From Glaucostegus cemiculus (taxonomy: Eukaryota): a stretch of 64,000 nt of DNA. The notes below the pieces were generated by a model. The model worked only from the letters and a program-made list of their open reading frames with translations, was not told where the DNA came from and made no database searches. Positions 62,816-64,000 of the stretch are shown here, piece after piece. Both the position numbers and the translations under genes were made by a program. How positions within the stretch are numbered: the first letter of the stretch is position 1; each line of letters opens with the position of its first letter. The stretch spans positions 6,448,001 through 6,512,000 of the forward strand of contig CDPCPM010000011.1 in NCBI GenBank assembly GCA_976551045.1, given 5' to 3'.

Positions 62816-63039
62816 TTCATTTGCTAAGTTACCCAGCTATTGGGCAATAGCTTGCATTTGTCTACATTTAGTTTCATCTGCCTTTGATCTGCCCTCATAT
62901 TTATCTTGCCCAGCTCACTGTGCAATTTCTGAATTGCTTCCTCAGATTTCATGACCTGTTCCAGTTTAATATAATTCTTAAGTTTCACCTTGATATGGTG
63001 AATAAGCAACCCACGCAAATAAAAAAACCACTAGTAATC

Positions 63040-63162
63040 CCTGCAATAAACACGAGAGGAAAAAAAAGTTCTGGAAATATTCAGCCCATCAGGCAGCATC
63101 GGAAGAGAGGGAAACAGAGTTAATGTTTCACACAATTGGTGTTTCAGCATCTGCAAGTTTTT
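63040..63162 (-). mobile_element. Penelope-derived terminal element
   Basis: CTGGAAATATTCAGC..CAGGCAGCATCGGAAGAGAGGGAAACAGAGTTAATGTTTCA (minus strand GAAACATTAACTCTG). Confidence 0.65.
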
Positions 63163-64000
63163 ACCTTCACTGAGCCTGAAGGATCCCATTCAGTATTTTT
63201 TCCACAGTACTCTCACAAACCACACCCAACATATCTCCTTTCAAGAATATTCATTGTTTTAACCATTTTCTTATTTCTTCACATTGTTTACATGGAATCT
63301 GCAGTTTTAATTTTCCATGCAGCCTTTCATGTGGAATTTTGTCAAATGTGTTATTAAACCTAAATAGGTAATATTTTAGGTCTAACACTTTCAAGGATTT
63401 GGGCAAGGTGTCCACTTGTGAGATCGCCTCCCTCATAATATTGGCAATGAGAAGAAATTATTTTACACAGAACGAGTAGAAAGTCATTTCCTGTCATCTC
63501 CACAGTCTGCAATTCGGATTATTCCCCGATAGTTTTTGTGTTGAAATGTGTCCATAAAACAAAGGAAGCCAATATTAAAATTACATTTTTTACACAGTGC
63601 TACTCATTAATTACAATGTATTAAAGAACACTCAGAGGAGCGCTCTTTGAATTGATTTAGAAGGGAGCATTTCCCAAGTGCTTATGTGTGTCATGACCCT
63701 TTAATTCTTCTGTCTGCTACATGCATGTTACGGGCTCGAAATATTATTTTCCAGTTAACTAATATACAAAGATTTGAGGTCTTTCAGTGGCTTAACTAAT
63801 AAAATTACCCTCTGGATTAAGAATTATGAGAAGAATTATTGCATAAACATTTTCTACATTCTCTGATACCAATAAATATGCTGATTGTAATCTGCTCCTT
63901 GAAATTGGTTTCAAAATATATGTTCGTAAAATGTAGGCCTTGTTGTTGAATTTTTTTTTACAGGGATAATAAAATCCATGTACTCTATTTCCTTCTGGGC

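Larger units (their letters stand above)
60180..63440 (-). mobile_element. Old CR1 LINE acting as host for several younger insertions
   Basis: Pieces at 60180-60625, 62330-62600, 62820-63010 and 63170-63440: FNNTFDKIPHERLHGKL, EEAIQKLHSELGKINMRADQRQMKLNVDKCK. Confidence 0.7.

Noticed and set aside
1-64000. CRISPR array, operon or prokaryote-type defence system
   Set aside because: No regularly spaced direct repeats, no long ORFs; the sequence is vertebrate non-coding DNA.

Overview
Vertebrate non-coding DNA, AT-rich and CpG-depleted, with one assembly gap (24760-24908). The repeat complement points to a cartilaginous fish, probably a batoid; this is inferred from my recognition of repeat families (CR1/HER1-type LINEs, HE1-like V-SINEs, Deu-domain SINEs, Penelope elements). 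I cannot recognise any intact host protein-coding gene, rRNA, tRNA gene or CRISPR array, and the window reads as a large intron or gene desert. Almost all ORF-track entries are noise or decayed transposon fragments. The main structure is: (i) three decayed, mutually related PIF/Harbinger transposons, one keeping both the DDE transposase and the convergent second (Myb/SANT-type) ORF; (ii) Penelope-like retroelement fragments plus many short termini carrying decayed minimal hammerhead-ribozyme cores; (iii) many CR1 LINE fragments, including a three-level nested stack at 60-63 kb; (iv) a solo LTR, SINEs and TIR or palindromic MITE-like elements; (v) several repeat-free, motif-dense blocks that may be conserved enhancers. 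I do not claim a new biological system. The best leads are the hammerhead-bearing mini-elements, the Harbinger fossils and the enhancer candidates. Boundaries of old repeats are approximate.
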